DNA of 64,000 nucleotides from Eutreptiella sp. 'Long Island Sound 2002'. Its lineage: Eukaryota; Protista; Euglenida. Below are positions 1 to 11,250 of the stretch, one piece after another. The stretch covers positions 117,366,001 to 117,430,000 of the forward strand of contig OZ038378.1 in the NCBI GenBank assembly GCA_964036045.1. The letters are read 5' to 3'. How positions within the stretch are numbered: position 1 is the first letter of the stretch; each line of letters opens with the position of its first letter. Below the pieces are notes generated by a model that was given only the letters and a program-made list of their open reading frames with translations, had not been told where the DNA came from and made no database searches. Made by a program: the position numbers and the translations under genes.

Positions 1-383
1 AGGAGCGGGCAGCCAGGGTTCCGCGACCCGGGTGTCCCGGGTGCGGTCGATGCGGGCGTATGGACCCAGCACCGGCCCCACAGGGCGTCCCCGGGGGGGG
101 TGTCTTCCACCGTTGTGAGGGGCGCCCGGCGTCAGGCGCTGTCCCTCCCCCGGCCGCCCGTCCTCTGGAGCGGGCAGTCAGGGTTCCGCGTCCCGTGTGT
201 CCCGGGTGCGGTCGGTGCGGGCGTGGGGACCCAGCACTGGCCCCGCAGCGCGCGCCCTTGCGGGCCGGCGTTGCTCCCCTTGGGGGTGGCGGAAAGGCGT
301 CCCCGGGGGGGGTGCCTTCCATCATTGTGAGGGGCGCCTGGTGTCAGGCGCTGTCCCTCCCCCAGCCGCCCGTCCTCTGGAGC
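1..383. repeat. GC-rich degenerate tandem repeat (about 165-212 bp units), truncated by the window start
   Basis: GGAGCGGGCAG(C/T)CAGGGTTCCGCG recurs at 2 and 167. The block GGCGTCCCCGGGGGGGGTG..TTCCA..TTGTGAGGGGCGCC..TCAGGCGCTGTCCCTCCCCC.GCCGCCCGTCCTCTGGAGC occurs twice. Confidence 0.85.
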
Positions 384-860
384 ATGTTGAGGAAATTGCA
401 ATGAAGCAATGATACATGATATGTTGTGGAGGGTGTGGAAAAGTAGGATTAAATGAATCCTTCGTCTTTCGTGCTTGGTCTGGCTCTTCCTTTGCTGGTG
501 CGAAGCACCATCAAAAGAAAATCCTTATTACGTTTTTAGCCGTTTTCGGGTCACCTTTCTATGTCGGAAGTGGAGCCAGGCGGTGACAAACAAGAGCAAA
601 AACACTCCTTTGCCTTGTGTTTAAGCTAGCAGCGCAAAGACAGGGAGGGTGCATTTGGCAAGATTAGCGACACAGGTTGCAAATGGCATAAAATTGACAT
701 ATTCATAACTCGGGCCTATTGTATCGGATTTTGACGAAATGAATGGCAATTTCGGTCAATTTGGGGGTATTCTTTTCATTTTTGAGCTTGTGAAGGCAGC
801 CGTATGCGCTGAAAACCGTCAAATCGAAAAGCGGTGCCAAAACAAAATGACGGCGGTTTT

Positions 861-3281
861 TCAACTATACAGCAAGACGAAGCTTTGAGAATCATTTATA
901 AAACTGGTCTTAGATCGTAATTTCGTGCACTGTAGCCCGATTTCACTTTGAAAAGTCAAAATGAAAGATCGCAAATGCCGGCGACTGCAAAATGCACGCG
1001 TGCACAGCAAATAAATAATATGGCAAATAGATTTCTTAGGATTTGGGGCCTCCGGCTTATATATAGTGTTGTTCGGCACCTCAACTTTGCTGGTGCACCT
1101 TTAAATCGCATCCCTAGGTTATATGGAATTAGTGGATGGTGTTAAAGAAGTTAAAACCTTGTAAAGGTCCCAACTTTGCAAAACAGCCATGATTGATCGA
1201 AACAAATATGCCAGTGCGAATCAGCTCTCTGAGGCAGTCATTTAGAGGGGCTGCATCGTAGACTTTTGAAGTATGTTTCGTTTCGGCGCGCGGACTGTAT
1301 ATAATGGCATAAGGACTGCTTTTAGAGGGGGGTGGGGCCCCATTCCCCGGCCCCCCAATTAAAAGCCCCCCATGGGGGGGGAGGTGAACAAGATGGGCTG
1401 TGCTTGTTGCCGCGCCTCTACTCGAGTTTGGTTTGATGTAAACAATGACCACCCTGGGTCTGTAGATTTTACCTGAGCAATCGAAAAACACAACAGCGTC
1501 AAAATCATTTCACAAATTTCATTTTAAGAGTTTTTGTCAACCGGGGGGTTCTTTGGTACAAAATGGGAAGGTATTTTGGTACATCGTCAGACGTCCTTTG
1601 GTGGGTACCTGTGGGAATCCAAAACCCCAACTCAAACGGCAGCAGAATCTTGTGGATTCATGATTGCCTATCCCCAACTTAAAACCCCATGTAACTTTGT
1701 GCATCCATGAATCCGTATCCACGCCTGAAAAAGCCGCTGAAAATTCATGGATTTGGACTCGGTCTTGGGGTGCACTACGCGCACATGTATAGCCGTAGCC
1801 TCCAACTCCAAGGTGTCATAAAAAATGAACTGTTTTTGGAAACATGTACATGACTAGCTCTAACCGCCTGGATCGCAAATGTATGACCAATGAAAATTTT
1901 ACGGCGCTAAGACCGTAAACATTGATGCATCTCAGTCAAAATTTGTATTTGTTCCACACCGCGTTGTATTTGAAAAACACTGTTCCTGCAATGGTTTAAA
2001 CTACTGACCAAAAATCTAGACGATATTTAGATATGGTACAATGAGGCATTGGCAACCCTAGGGGAATGTGTAAATCAGACCCACAAAAGACAGATTGCTA
2101 TAAATTGCATTGTCCGTACAATTTACAACACATCTCCGTAATTCGACAACTGCAACGAGGGGAATGTTCATCAAATGAGACCCGAACACTGTGCCAATGC
2201 ACCCATTTTTTGTAATGGTCGGTGTAGAGGGTAACCCTCATTGTCACATCCCCCTACAAAAATGTTTACAGTTCCAGTGCCGAAAAAAAAGTCGTCTGCT
2301 TGGTGATTGGAAACCAATACTACGACCAAAAAGATTTTTCTCTAGCTGAACGAAAAGTGCAGAGATGGACTAAGGTGGGGGGGCGGGGTCTGCATACTCC
2401 ATTGTTGCTTCCCAGATGTGCTAAATGCGATCCCCATCATAACGTATGGCAGCTGCACACACCAGTGAACACCCCCAATACAACGGGAGATCAGTCTGTA
2501 GTGGGTAGACGTTTACAGGGCCAACGCCGTACATGTTTAAGGCGCTAGCAGCATAAAATGAGAGGGGTTGAATTCTGACAATTATCGGGACAGTGGGGTT
2601 TTTGTGACAGTGCCCTTCACCGAAACCAGCCAGAAAATGTCCGGGTGCATGTAGGGACGGAGAGCGGCGAGATATGGGCACACAATGGGACAACTGCCGC
2701 AGTGCCAAATCTGATCAAAATGCTAAAGTACAATCTGGTCAAAATACGGGGGTGATGTCAAAAAGCTTCCACACCAGCCTAATGGGATCCAACATGGAAA
2801 CTGTCAGGTTGTCTTTTCCGAGGTGGTTTGAAACGGGCTGTAAGAGCCAGAAATTCTTCCAAGTGGGGAGCCCCCCAGTCTGACTGCCGTGCACCACCTT
2901 ACTGAACCTCTTGTTTCCGAAAAGTATCTTGACAATGGGGTTGTTGTGGCACTGCCTGTCATCAGCAATGACAAGTGTGACCACCATGTCCCTGGGTGCA
3001 GCTTGGCCCATGTGTGCAGCAATTGTGTGTGGGCGGTCTCGCTGAACAGGTTTTTGAAGAAAAAACGGGGGGTATATGCACCACCTGGTTATTCGTGGTG
3101 CAATATGGGTGCAAACCTTTGGATGAAGAGGTCGGTGGTTGGTTATCACTTGTTTGGAGCGGCACCGCCCTCGTTTAGAGGGTTTATGACACCGGGTTGT
3201 TGCTCCACAATGCCCAAATGCCATTGCGCCAGTTTTGACAGCGCAACACAATGTCGACAGTTCTCCCCCACCTTGCCCCAT
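861..3281 (-). pseudogene. Long decayed reading frame of unknown family
   Basis: Consecutive minus-strand ORF fragments (2739-3281, 2421-2708, 1537-1722, 1129-1491, 861-1079) have protein-like composition, e.g. TGGLPTWKNFWLLQP, YGVGPVNVYP..YWG..RYDG, KVYDAAPLND..HGCFAKLGPL. They are broken by stops and frameshifts. I recognised no family motif. Confidence 0.4.
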
Positions 3282-4249
3282 AGACAGCAGTGTTCAGCTC
3301 CTGTGGACTTTGACTTTCTTCCACTTGAACTGCACTTGGTCAGTGGCGTGCATACAGGTCAGAGGTCAGCATGATGGAAGTGCATGTGGCTGCTGGCCCA
3401 CCTCCTTGGCAAATTCTAGGTCCTTTGGCCGAGAAGCCCAGTGGGCTAGAGTGTAGTCAGTGGCTACCACATGTGATATGGAGTTGGGGGCGCGTGGTTT
3501 AGGGTTTAGGGGGCGGGGCATCCAGAGCACCGTGTGCTGCATGATAAAATGGATGCACCAGATCTCTGTACAGTTGCTGGGCTCTCCGGGAAGAGACCTG
3601 TGCTATGTATTGGGGTAGAGCTGCCAAGTCCGGCAAAATCGCGCAGCCTGTCTGTGCTACCGCCAACATCAGCGATATCCGGGACGTGGTACGGAACATT
3701 GTGTGCACTGTACGCACCACGCCAGGGAGGGTGCTGCTCTGGTCCCTGTTATTGGTGTGTTGATCGATGGGGCAGGAGAAGAGGAGCACTACCCCACTAT
3801 TTCACCCTATTTCACACATACCTCAGTATCGCCCTAACCTATGACCATAGCAGTAGGCAGGCCTACCACAAAGGCATAGGTGGAGCCGGAACCAACCAGC
3901 AACAGTAATAATTATGGGTGCAATTAGATGTTTCTTCGCCCTTTCCTCCTCCTCATCATCACACGTTTGTCCCAGGTCTTTGCTCAGTGGGTAAAGTGGC
4001 CTTGGGCGAGCCCTCCCTTAAGCTACAATCTCACTAGGACCCAGCCACGGCCTTTGGGCAACTGCCAAGATTGCACCAAAATTTCAGGGATATTCATTGG
4101 GAACCAGCTCTGCCCTACCCCCCCCCACCCCCAGCGAGCAAACAATTGCTTTGTGCTTTGCTAAGACCAAGGGGGGTGCTCCTTAGCTTTCTGAGTTCAT
4201 GTCCAATTCCTGATTAGATCTGGGGACACTTTGACTGCACAGAGAGACT

Positions 4250-5692
4250 TCACTTCTTTCTGCCCAAAACCCACGTGACCACTGGCTGAACGCCAGTCGA
4301 CTGATGCAATGCGGCCCCCATCTGTGCGGCCGTTGGGGGGCTGTCGTTGGCAATGAGCCACTTCACATACTCTGATGAGTGCCAGCTGCGGAACTCCACC
4401 ACCTCCAGCCCCGCACGCTGGAACAGCAGGCCAAAGCCCAAGGGGGTAAAGTGGAGGAGGTGCCGCTTCTCCCAGATATTTGAGGGCTTCAGAATACACG
4501 CCCCTGCACCAAAAAGGTATCCGCCGGGCGCCAGCTTGGCCACCAGCCGCTGCACAGCCTGCAAAGGATTCTGCTGTGTCTCTAAGTATCCCTCACCGAA
4601 CACCACATCAGGCGACCCCCCCTGTTCTGCGCCGGAGGCGGCATTGGTTGCCGCTTGCAGGCACTGCTGCGCCCCCTCAGCACCCGGCAGAAACAGGGCC
4701 TTGTCCCCAGTGATGGCCAGTCTGTGACGCACCACACAGTTGCAGAAAGCATTGGCCGCGACGGCCACCGTTGCGTCCAAACTCGCGAGGCCCCGGGGCG
4801 CACGCAAGTCGTCATGCGGCGGATGGTGCAGCTTGTGGTTGTAGAGGTCCGCCGGGACGTTGGGGTCAATGAAGCCCCGGGTCACGGAAGCCGGGTCCAC
4901 GGTCCAGCCCTGGGCCTCCTCCTCCAGAGGCCGCCGCGCGAGGATCCAGTTCTGCAGGGGGTTGTGGGGGTAGTTTCCGGTCCCCCCCGGCATGTGTCCG
5001 TAGCTGGGCCATGTGCCGCCGTAAAGAGCCTGCGCGTACTCCTTATTGCCCCAGAAGGACATGTTGAGCACCTCGAGCCCAGCCTGGGCCAACAGGACAG
5101 TGGCCCCCAAAGGTGTGTAATGGTAGAAGTGGGTCCGGCGGTAGTGTGGCCGGTTCTGTGCCGGGAAGCTGAGGAACAGGAAGCCGCCCGGCGCAAGCGT
5201 GGTCCGAAACTGCCGCACAGCGATGAGGGGGTCCCACAGATGCTCGATGGTCTGGCCCAGCGAGATCAGAGTGAATGGTCCACCGGGGAGTGGGACATGA
5301 GCGTCCCCCGGGGCGTACGGCCTGCTGAACGGGGTCGTGGTGACCCGCTTCGGGGACAGCAACGCATGGTGCACCTCTGCGCTACACTGCCAAAGGTGCT
5401 CGGGGTGGGTGAAGTTGTACCTGTAGGCCCAGCGCAGAAAGTCCGCATACGGAGCCTCCATCGGGGGGTACGAGCGGTACACCTTTTTCAAATGCTCCGG
5501 GAATACCTCACCTTCGGCCTCAAGGGTGCGACCGCGTAACTGCATCAGGCGCCAGTGGACAAATTTTTGAAACAGGGCCTCCACATCTCTGCTTGCAATC
5601 GTCGGAAACTCATCCGTGGGCACAAACACAAACGCCCCCTCAAAGGGGACAAAGGCATGCAAAACCAGCAGACAAAGCACAGCAAAGGCCAT
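4250..5692 (-). CDS. Membrane-anchored protein with two tandem class I SAM-dependent methyltransferase-like (Methyltransf_11/23-type) domains
   Basis: Uninterrupted ORF of about 480 aa from ATG 5692; the track start at 5746 is a TTG. It has a hydrophobic N-terminus (MAFAVLCLLVLHAFV) and two homologous repeats: TIEHLWDPLIAVRQFRTTLAPGGFLFLSFP..HFYHYTPLG..LLAQAGLEVLNMSFWG and YLETQQNPLQAVQRLVAKLAPGGYLF..HLLHFTPLGFGLLFQRAGLEVVEFRSW. A TGCAG acceptor-like site just upstream of the ATG could be a trans-splice or cis-splice acceptor. Confidence 0.8.
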   Translation of the reverse strand: MAFAVLCLLVLHAFVPFEGAFVFVPTDEFPTIASRDVEALFQKFVHWRLMQLRGRTLEAEGEVFPEHLKKVYRSYPPMEAPYADFLRWAYRYNFTHPEHLWQCSAEVHHALLSPKRVTTTPFSRPYAPGDAHVPLPGGPFTLISLGQTIEHLWDPLIAVRQFRTTLAPGGFLFLSFPAQNRPHYRRTHFYHYTPLGATVLLAQAGLEVLNMSFWGNKEYAQALYGGTWPSYGHMPGGTGNYPHNPLQNWILARRPLEEEAQGWTVDPASVTRGFIDPNVPADLYNHKLHHPPHDDLRAPRGLASLDATVAVAANAFCNCVVRHRLAITGDKALFLPGAEGAQQCLQAATNAASGAEQGGSPDVVFGEGYLETQQNPLQAVQRLVAKLAPGGYLFGAGACILKPSNIWEKRHLLHFTPLGFGLLFQRAGLEVVEFRSWHSSEYVKWLIANDSPPTAAQMGAALHQSTGVQPVVTWVLGRKK

Positions 5693-6538
5693 GACACTAT
5701 CTGCAGCCAATGGGGTTGCCAGAAGGACACACCCAAGTACCCCCAACCCACAACGGGGGCCACATTCACATTCAAATAACTGCGAGGTTCACAACAGCGC
5801 AGCAAACCTTTTGTCTGCCGTCCGAATGCCCTGCTGCTGGGCTGAACAAACAATGTAGGCTGTTCCTCAACTTACTCCCCCCGCTCAGAGGTAGAGCACA
5901 CCCAAAATCAGCGAGAGGGTCAGGACTCAGTTCCCATATTCAAAAGGGTTGTGGTGAGCTGTCCCGCACCTGAGATGTGCTGAAGAGAACTACGATCCTC
6001 AATGCATGAGGTGTCCACGGGACGGTCAACACCTCCTCCCCGCGGACGAGATAAATCGAGTAGAACGCATGCTACCAGTGGAGGAGTCCACTGCTGACTT
6101 GCTCCACCCTTTCTTAGTGCTGGAGACCCCAACTCATCCAACCCTTATCCAACCACCTCGGTGCTTCCGCTGCCTGCAACTCCGCTGCCTACAACCCTCC
6201 AAAGCATTGACATCCATATTCCAGTCAGCAGAGCACTGACTCGCCTTGTATCCCAAAAGCACATCCCCATACAGATCATTTCTCCCCTCTTCCGACTCCG
6301 AGGTCGCATCTCCCCCTAAGTTTGACCCCGGGTCCTTGAGTTCTGTCAATCCCAATTCCCCCCACAACCTCATGAATGCCACTCGTGCATCCTCATTCCC
6401 TGAAGACACCCCCCCACAGACAAGTCACCTGACCATGCCCCCAGGTGTGCTGTTCCGAATCAGTCAGGTCATAGGTCATGGAGTCCCAAGTATGCCTCCT
6501 GCTCCGCATCTCCTCTAGCACTCGGTAAGTGAGCAGTT

Positions 6539-7039
6539 GTTCCGTCGGTCGGGGCGGGCGAAAGGGAGCTCAGGAGTGCACAGGCAGGCAACAACGCTGT
6601 ACAGGTTTGGAAATGCTGCTGGAGTGATTGTAGCAGTCTACTTCTTCGAGCAATACTCACATTTGATCTGCGGTCGTTGTACGCTCCCGATGAGAACATA
6701 CTCCTGCACCGGATTGCTGTTGGAATTGCATGCCCAGCCAGAGGCCGGCTTCAAAGAGCGGGTGGGAGGGCGTCTGTAGACATCTGTACAACTGACTGAG
6801 CGCTCACAAAAGAAAAGGACCGCAGAGATAGAGGCAACAGTCCATGTGTAAAATGTTGCATCTCTCTTTCCCCCACCCCGCCGTGTGCACGGAACCTTCG
6901 TTCCTTGGGAACATCAGTTCCGTCGGTTGGGGCGGGCGAAGGGGAGCCCAGGAGTGCACAGGCAGGCAACAACGCTGCACACGTTTGGAAATGCTGCTGG
7001 AGTGATTGTAGCAGTCTGCTTCTTCAAGCAATACTCACA
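6539..7039. repeat. 123-bp direct repeat pair (6539-6661 and 6917-7039) separated by a 255-bp spacer
   Basis: GTTCCGTCGGT.GGGGCGGGCGAA.GGGAGC.CAGGAGTGCACAGGCAGGCAACAACGCTG...TTTGGAAATGCTGCTGGAGTGATTGTAGCAGTCT.CTTCTTC.AGCAATACTCACA is present twice with few substitutions. Confidence 0.9.
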
Positions 7040-7364
7040 AGACCGCGAGCGAATGCGAGCCAGTATAGGGCTACGCGGGTAGACCTGGCCTCGCCGGAAA
7101 ACAACAGTCAGGACAGGGCAAAACGCCGTGCTCACAGCACAAGGAGTCCAACGAGCATCTGAAAGCTGCCTATGGCCCTGGGAGGAGGGAGAGAGTGCCG
7201 CCTGTACGGTGGCCTTGGCTGGCTGGCTTGCATACCATCCAGATAAGGCTGCAGCGGCGTGCAGCAGGCTAGGGACCGGCTGAAGTGGGGAATCTTGTGT
7301 GTTTGTGTGTGTGCGGGCCAGCGGGCCTGATGCTGTGCGTGTGCGGGCCAGCGGGCCCGACGCA

Positions 7365-7365
<1 letters not shown>

Positions 7366-7417
<52 letters not shown>
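7366..7417. repeat. (TG)26 microsatellite
   Basis: Perfect TG run, preceded by two GTGTGCGGGCCAGCGGGCC units. Confidence 0.98.
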
Positions 7418-7420
<3 letters not shown>

Positions 7421-7489
7421 CGGTCATGAGCGCACACATGCGAAGACGCAGGGGAGCAGTGCAGATGTGTGAAGCGCGTCAAAAGGCGC

Positions 7490-8488
7490 CTATGAGGTCC
7501 CCCAAGCGGAGCGCCGTCGCTCGGCCTCGGTTGTGGCGTCACTCCATGACTCCCCGCGAAAACATCTACTCAAGGGTTCCGCAGGGTTGTAAGCGGACGG
7601 CATCCGAAACGTGGACGCCTGCGGATTGCTCCAAGCCCGCAACCAGAAAATGCGGCGGAGGAGACGGTGCTGTACAATTGAATCCGGCGCAGCCCACATC
7701 TTTGAAGCCTGGATGCGGGAGGCGCCGTTGTCGATTCCCACAGCAATTGAGTGGAAGCGGTTCCCTACTGCCACTTTCATCGCGGCGTAGGCAGCATAGA
7801 GCTCCGCCTGCTGAAGGGAAGATACCCACTTAGGGCATCGGTACGAGCGATATATACCTAGGGCCCCCACGACCCCTGCCCAGAACCCGTCGCCATCCAG
7901 CGCCGCGTCGCTGAAAAAAGTAAACGTGCGCTTGCATGCGCCTGTAGCACAGTGAAGAGCGTGTTGGGGGAAGCCCAACATAAGCGCCGTGCCCGTAGAC
8001 CTCACCATCGCGCGGGTGAACCAATGTGATCCTGCGCACATGCTTCGGTACCACCCCGCGAGGAAAGGCGCCGCTCCCGCCAACGGCCTGAGCACCCACT
8101 GCAGCCTGCCCAGCAGGCTGGCCATTTGCCTTGGGCAGATCCGTCTGCAGCCCAGCGCGTGAAGCCAGAGCCGCGTGGCCGCCATCATCATCTCCGTCGT
8201 ATTTGAGATGGACCTGGTTACAGAGTGCAGTCTTTTGCCGATGAAAGTGATGTCGGTGGTGGGCTCCATTTCTGACTTGGGGCTGATGACGAATCCCGCT
8301 CCACGTAGAGCTTGCGCCGCCGCCTGAATGGCCTGTGGCGCCACCTTCCGCGAGCGCGATGTGATCAGTACATCGTCAAGGTAGACGTGCCCGGTGGCGG
8401 AGTACCCACGCAACGCGGACGAGATGATGCCTTGTACCAGGCGTTAACAGATGACCTGAGAATCTTTCCAGCCAAATGGTAGGCTCAT
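7490..8488 (-). mobile_element. 5'-truncated RT-RNase H fragment of a tyrosine-recombinase (DIRS/Ngaro/VIPER-like) retrotransposon
   Basis: SLPFGWKDS (8485-8459, one in-frame stop follows), then VYLDD, GFVISPKS, FIG, LLGRLQW. RNase H motifs FFSDA, QQAELYAA, GIDN and NPAEPLSR are of the DIRS type. No YR or gag is visible. Confidence 0.8.
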
Positions 8489-8545
8489 CTTGGGGGTATG
8501 AACCTAACATTACGGGTCGACGGCGACCTCAAAAAAGGGCAAAAA

Positions 8546-10351
8546 GTTTCACTGTTGGCCTCCGAGGCCAGCAGTGAAACTCACACAAAAATTCAACTAT
8601 CTGCAAACCGGCTGCCGGCCCCATATTTCATATTGTTTCACTGTCAACAGTGAAACTCCAAGCGACGTGGAAGTAATTAGTTGTAATGGACCGTATCCCC
8701 ACCCCCCCACCCCTTTCAGTGTGCGGTGCCCGTGGCCGCGGACAACACTCAACCACAAACTACTTCCACCTATGACAAACACTGGCATGTCAAGGCACAA
8801 CACAAAACACAGGTACGCGTGCAAACAGTGTAGCTGCACGTGCAAAACCAAAATCTTGATGAGACCCCTGAGACTGAAAAATAACACCAGCATGCAAGAG
8901 ACTTTCAGTGTCAACAGTGAAACAGAATTTTGTAATGTGATCTCAGATGAAAAATGGAAAAAGCACCCCCCTTATCCTCCCTTATATGACCCCACTGGCA
9001 AAAATCTTATGTAACCTAAACACTATGTGGCTGCTGCAATGCAGGCAGCCCAGTGATATAAATGGACATCCTTGCAGCCCAAGAAAGCGGCTGAAGGGCA
9101 CAACACCTAACGCAAAATGGACTGTTGTTGTGACGTGTTAAAAGAAGACACAATGCACCACAGTGCACTGCCAGAAAAAAATTGTGCAGTGCGTCATCAC
9201 ATAGCACTGCAGTGACAAAAAAAAATGATGTGTGTTTTCATGCGGTGTGCACACAGGCTTCATGGCGGCTGTGTGTTTCACTGTTGACACTAAAATTGCC
9301 CTGTGATGATCCAGTCTACCAGCAAATGTTGTTAGCAGAGCAGCACCAGTACAAACATCAACGCTTACCAGAAAAGCACAACTGACAGGTCCTCCCATCC
9401 AGCCTATTGCTTTGAACTGCGCGCCCTCCGGGAAGCTTGCTCAAGCTGAGCCACATTGGGGATGCTGCCGGCAAGGACTTTCCGCTTCAACCTGGGGGCT
9501 CCTCGTCTGCCGGATTCCGCGCTGTTCGCGTCTTCAATTTGCGCTGCAATTGCTTGCTACTGGCCCTTGTCAATGTGGTGCGAATCCACCGTGTTCCGTA
9601 GGTCCATCTGGGTGAGGGTGGTTTGCTCAGTCGGCCACTTGGCACCTGCCTTGGCAAGGGGTTCGGCCTTCCCCTTCTTGTTCCTTGTTGCCTTCGCGGG
9701 AGGTGGCTTTGCATCGACACTAACGGCATTGAAGGCAGGTTCCAGGACAGCTGGGGGCACATGAACCACAAAATCGACAGCACGGGATGAGGTACCATCC
9801 GGGCAGACAGTTTCACTGTCAACAGTGAAACCTCCTTGGAGAGTCTAGTTTTTTGGAATGCTGGTGCAAGGGGACAGGGTGTCAAGGAGCTTCTGATGCT
9901 GGCTTCCTTGCCTTTGTTCATCATCGGCCTTCACACCATTCTGTTTGATTCCTCCTGCCTGTTGTGTGTGTGTGTCCATCCATGTACCGCACATTCAAAA
10001 AGGGCTAGCATGATATGATTCATGGTAGGGTTGGGCCATAAAGAACAATGCACAATTAATTTCCGTCTTTATTGTGCATCCCTTGGTAGAAGAAACCACT
10101 ACAAGTAAATGAGGAGCAGGAAGCATTATGTTGCAGCACCATTGTACACAATGTTAGTTTTAAGAACTGCTAGTTGCCTTGTGTCTTGTGTTCAACAACA
10201 GATTCAGCAAATTGAAAACAGCCAAAATAAGGTGAACCCAGTATCTTGTGTGATAGTGAAATACTAAAACTAATGCTCTAGTGACAACCAAAGGCAAATG
10301 GTCCTTTGAACCGAATCGATTGTAGCAGACTTTCACTGTTGACAGTGAAAC
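8546..10351. repeat. Six dispersed copies of the palindrome GTTTCACTGT-NN-ACAGTGAAAC
   Basis: Copies at 8546-8580 (extended 35-bp hairpin), 8635-8656 (perfect), 8902-8923, 9275-9296, 9810-9831 (perfect) and 10330-10351. Confidence 0.9.
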
Positions 10352-10958
10352 CCCATTAGAAACGGTGCCTGGGACATGCAATTTCGTACTGGTTGGGGCT
10401 GCTTTTCTCCCACTTTTGGCAAGTCCTTGCTCCCCGCGGGCTGCTATATATATAAAATGGAGGCTCTTGCAAAATTGGTGTGCCCATGTCACATAATCCT
10501 TGTGTCATTTCTTGGTGGATCGTCTCCGTTGCAAAAGCGACCCGGTTGGCCAATGGTGGTTCCCGCAAGAGTACAAAACCACTTCCCCGCAACTCAAGCC
10601 GCTGTTCCTTGGTTAGTGTTGTCATAGCCCTTGCATTGGGGACCGTTTTTGCCACTATCATCGGCTTTGCCAGTCGTGTCCTCATTCCAGATTTCCCAAA
10701 ATTTGAAATCCTTGGTAAACTTCAGGAGACTTTGCGCACATTTTGGTCCCTCGCGCAGATCGAAACGAAATCAAAATCCATTTGTATTTGTAGGGAAATT
10801 TGGCTGCATTTCGCAAAAGACATGACCTCGGTTTTGGGTTCGCTACCCCCGTGAACAGGCGTTGGCCCAGCTGGCGTGATTTCTGTCAGTCTGAGCCCAC
10901 CTGACCAAAATCACGGAACCAAGAACTGGCCTTTATGGATTTTCAACGGAGGCCACCC

Positions 10959-11250
10959 ATGAAAATTGGAACCTACAGTTGCAAGATTCCTTATCATAAT
11001 TTGATTACAAAAGCAAAAGACCACAAAGCGGTGAGGTGAAAATCCAAAAGCTGACAACGACCTGATGCCAAGGCAAACTGAGATGGTAAATACGTGGATT
11101 GGCGTTGCCGGCACCTTACAAAGCCTTTTATTTGCCCTTGCCGTTCTTCTGACTAGCCATGGCATGGACTTCTTGTGCATTTCAGAGGGTCACTCTTATA
11201 GAGCATATCTTGAAGCCATTGCATCCGTAACCCTTAGGATCAAATGAGTA
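10959..11250 (+). pseudogene. Possible decayed apurinic-endonuclease (APE) N-terminus of a non-LTR retrotransposon
   Basis: MKIGTYSCK resembles the I.T.N motif, and LLTSHGMDFLCISEGH resembles DI.CLQETH. The frames are broken and no RT follows. Confidence 0.35.

Noticed and set aside
3495-3512. Telomeric repeat (GGTTTAGGGTTTAGGG)
   Set aside because: Only about 2 units, which is expected by chance.
5950-6410. Tyrosine-recombinase motif (PALRKGGAS) or LINE fragment
   Set aside because: The motif lies in a short frame without the other YR catalytic residues, and alternative frames give equally weak matches.
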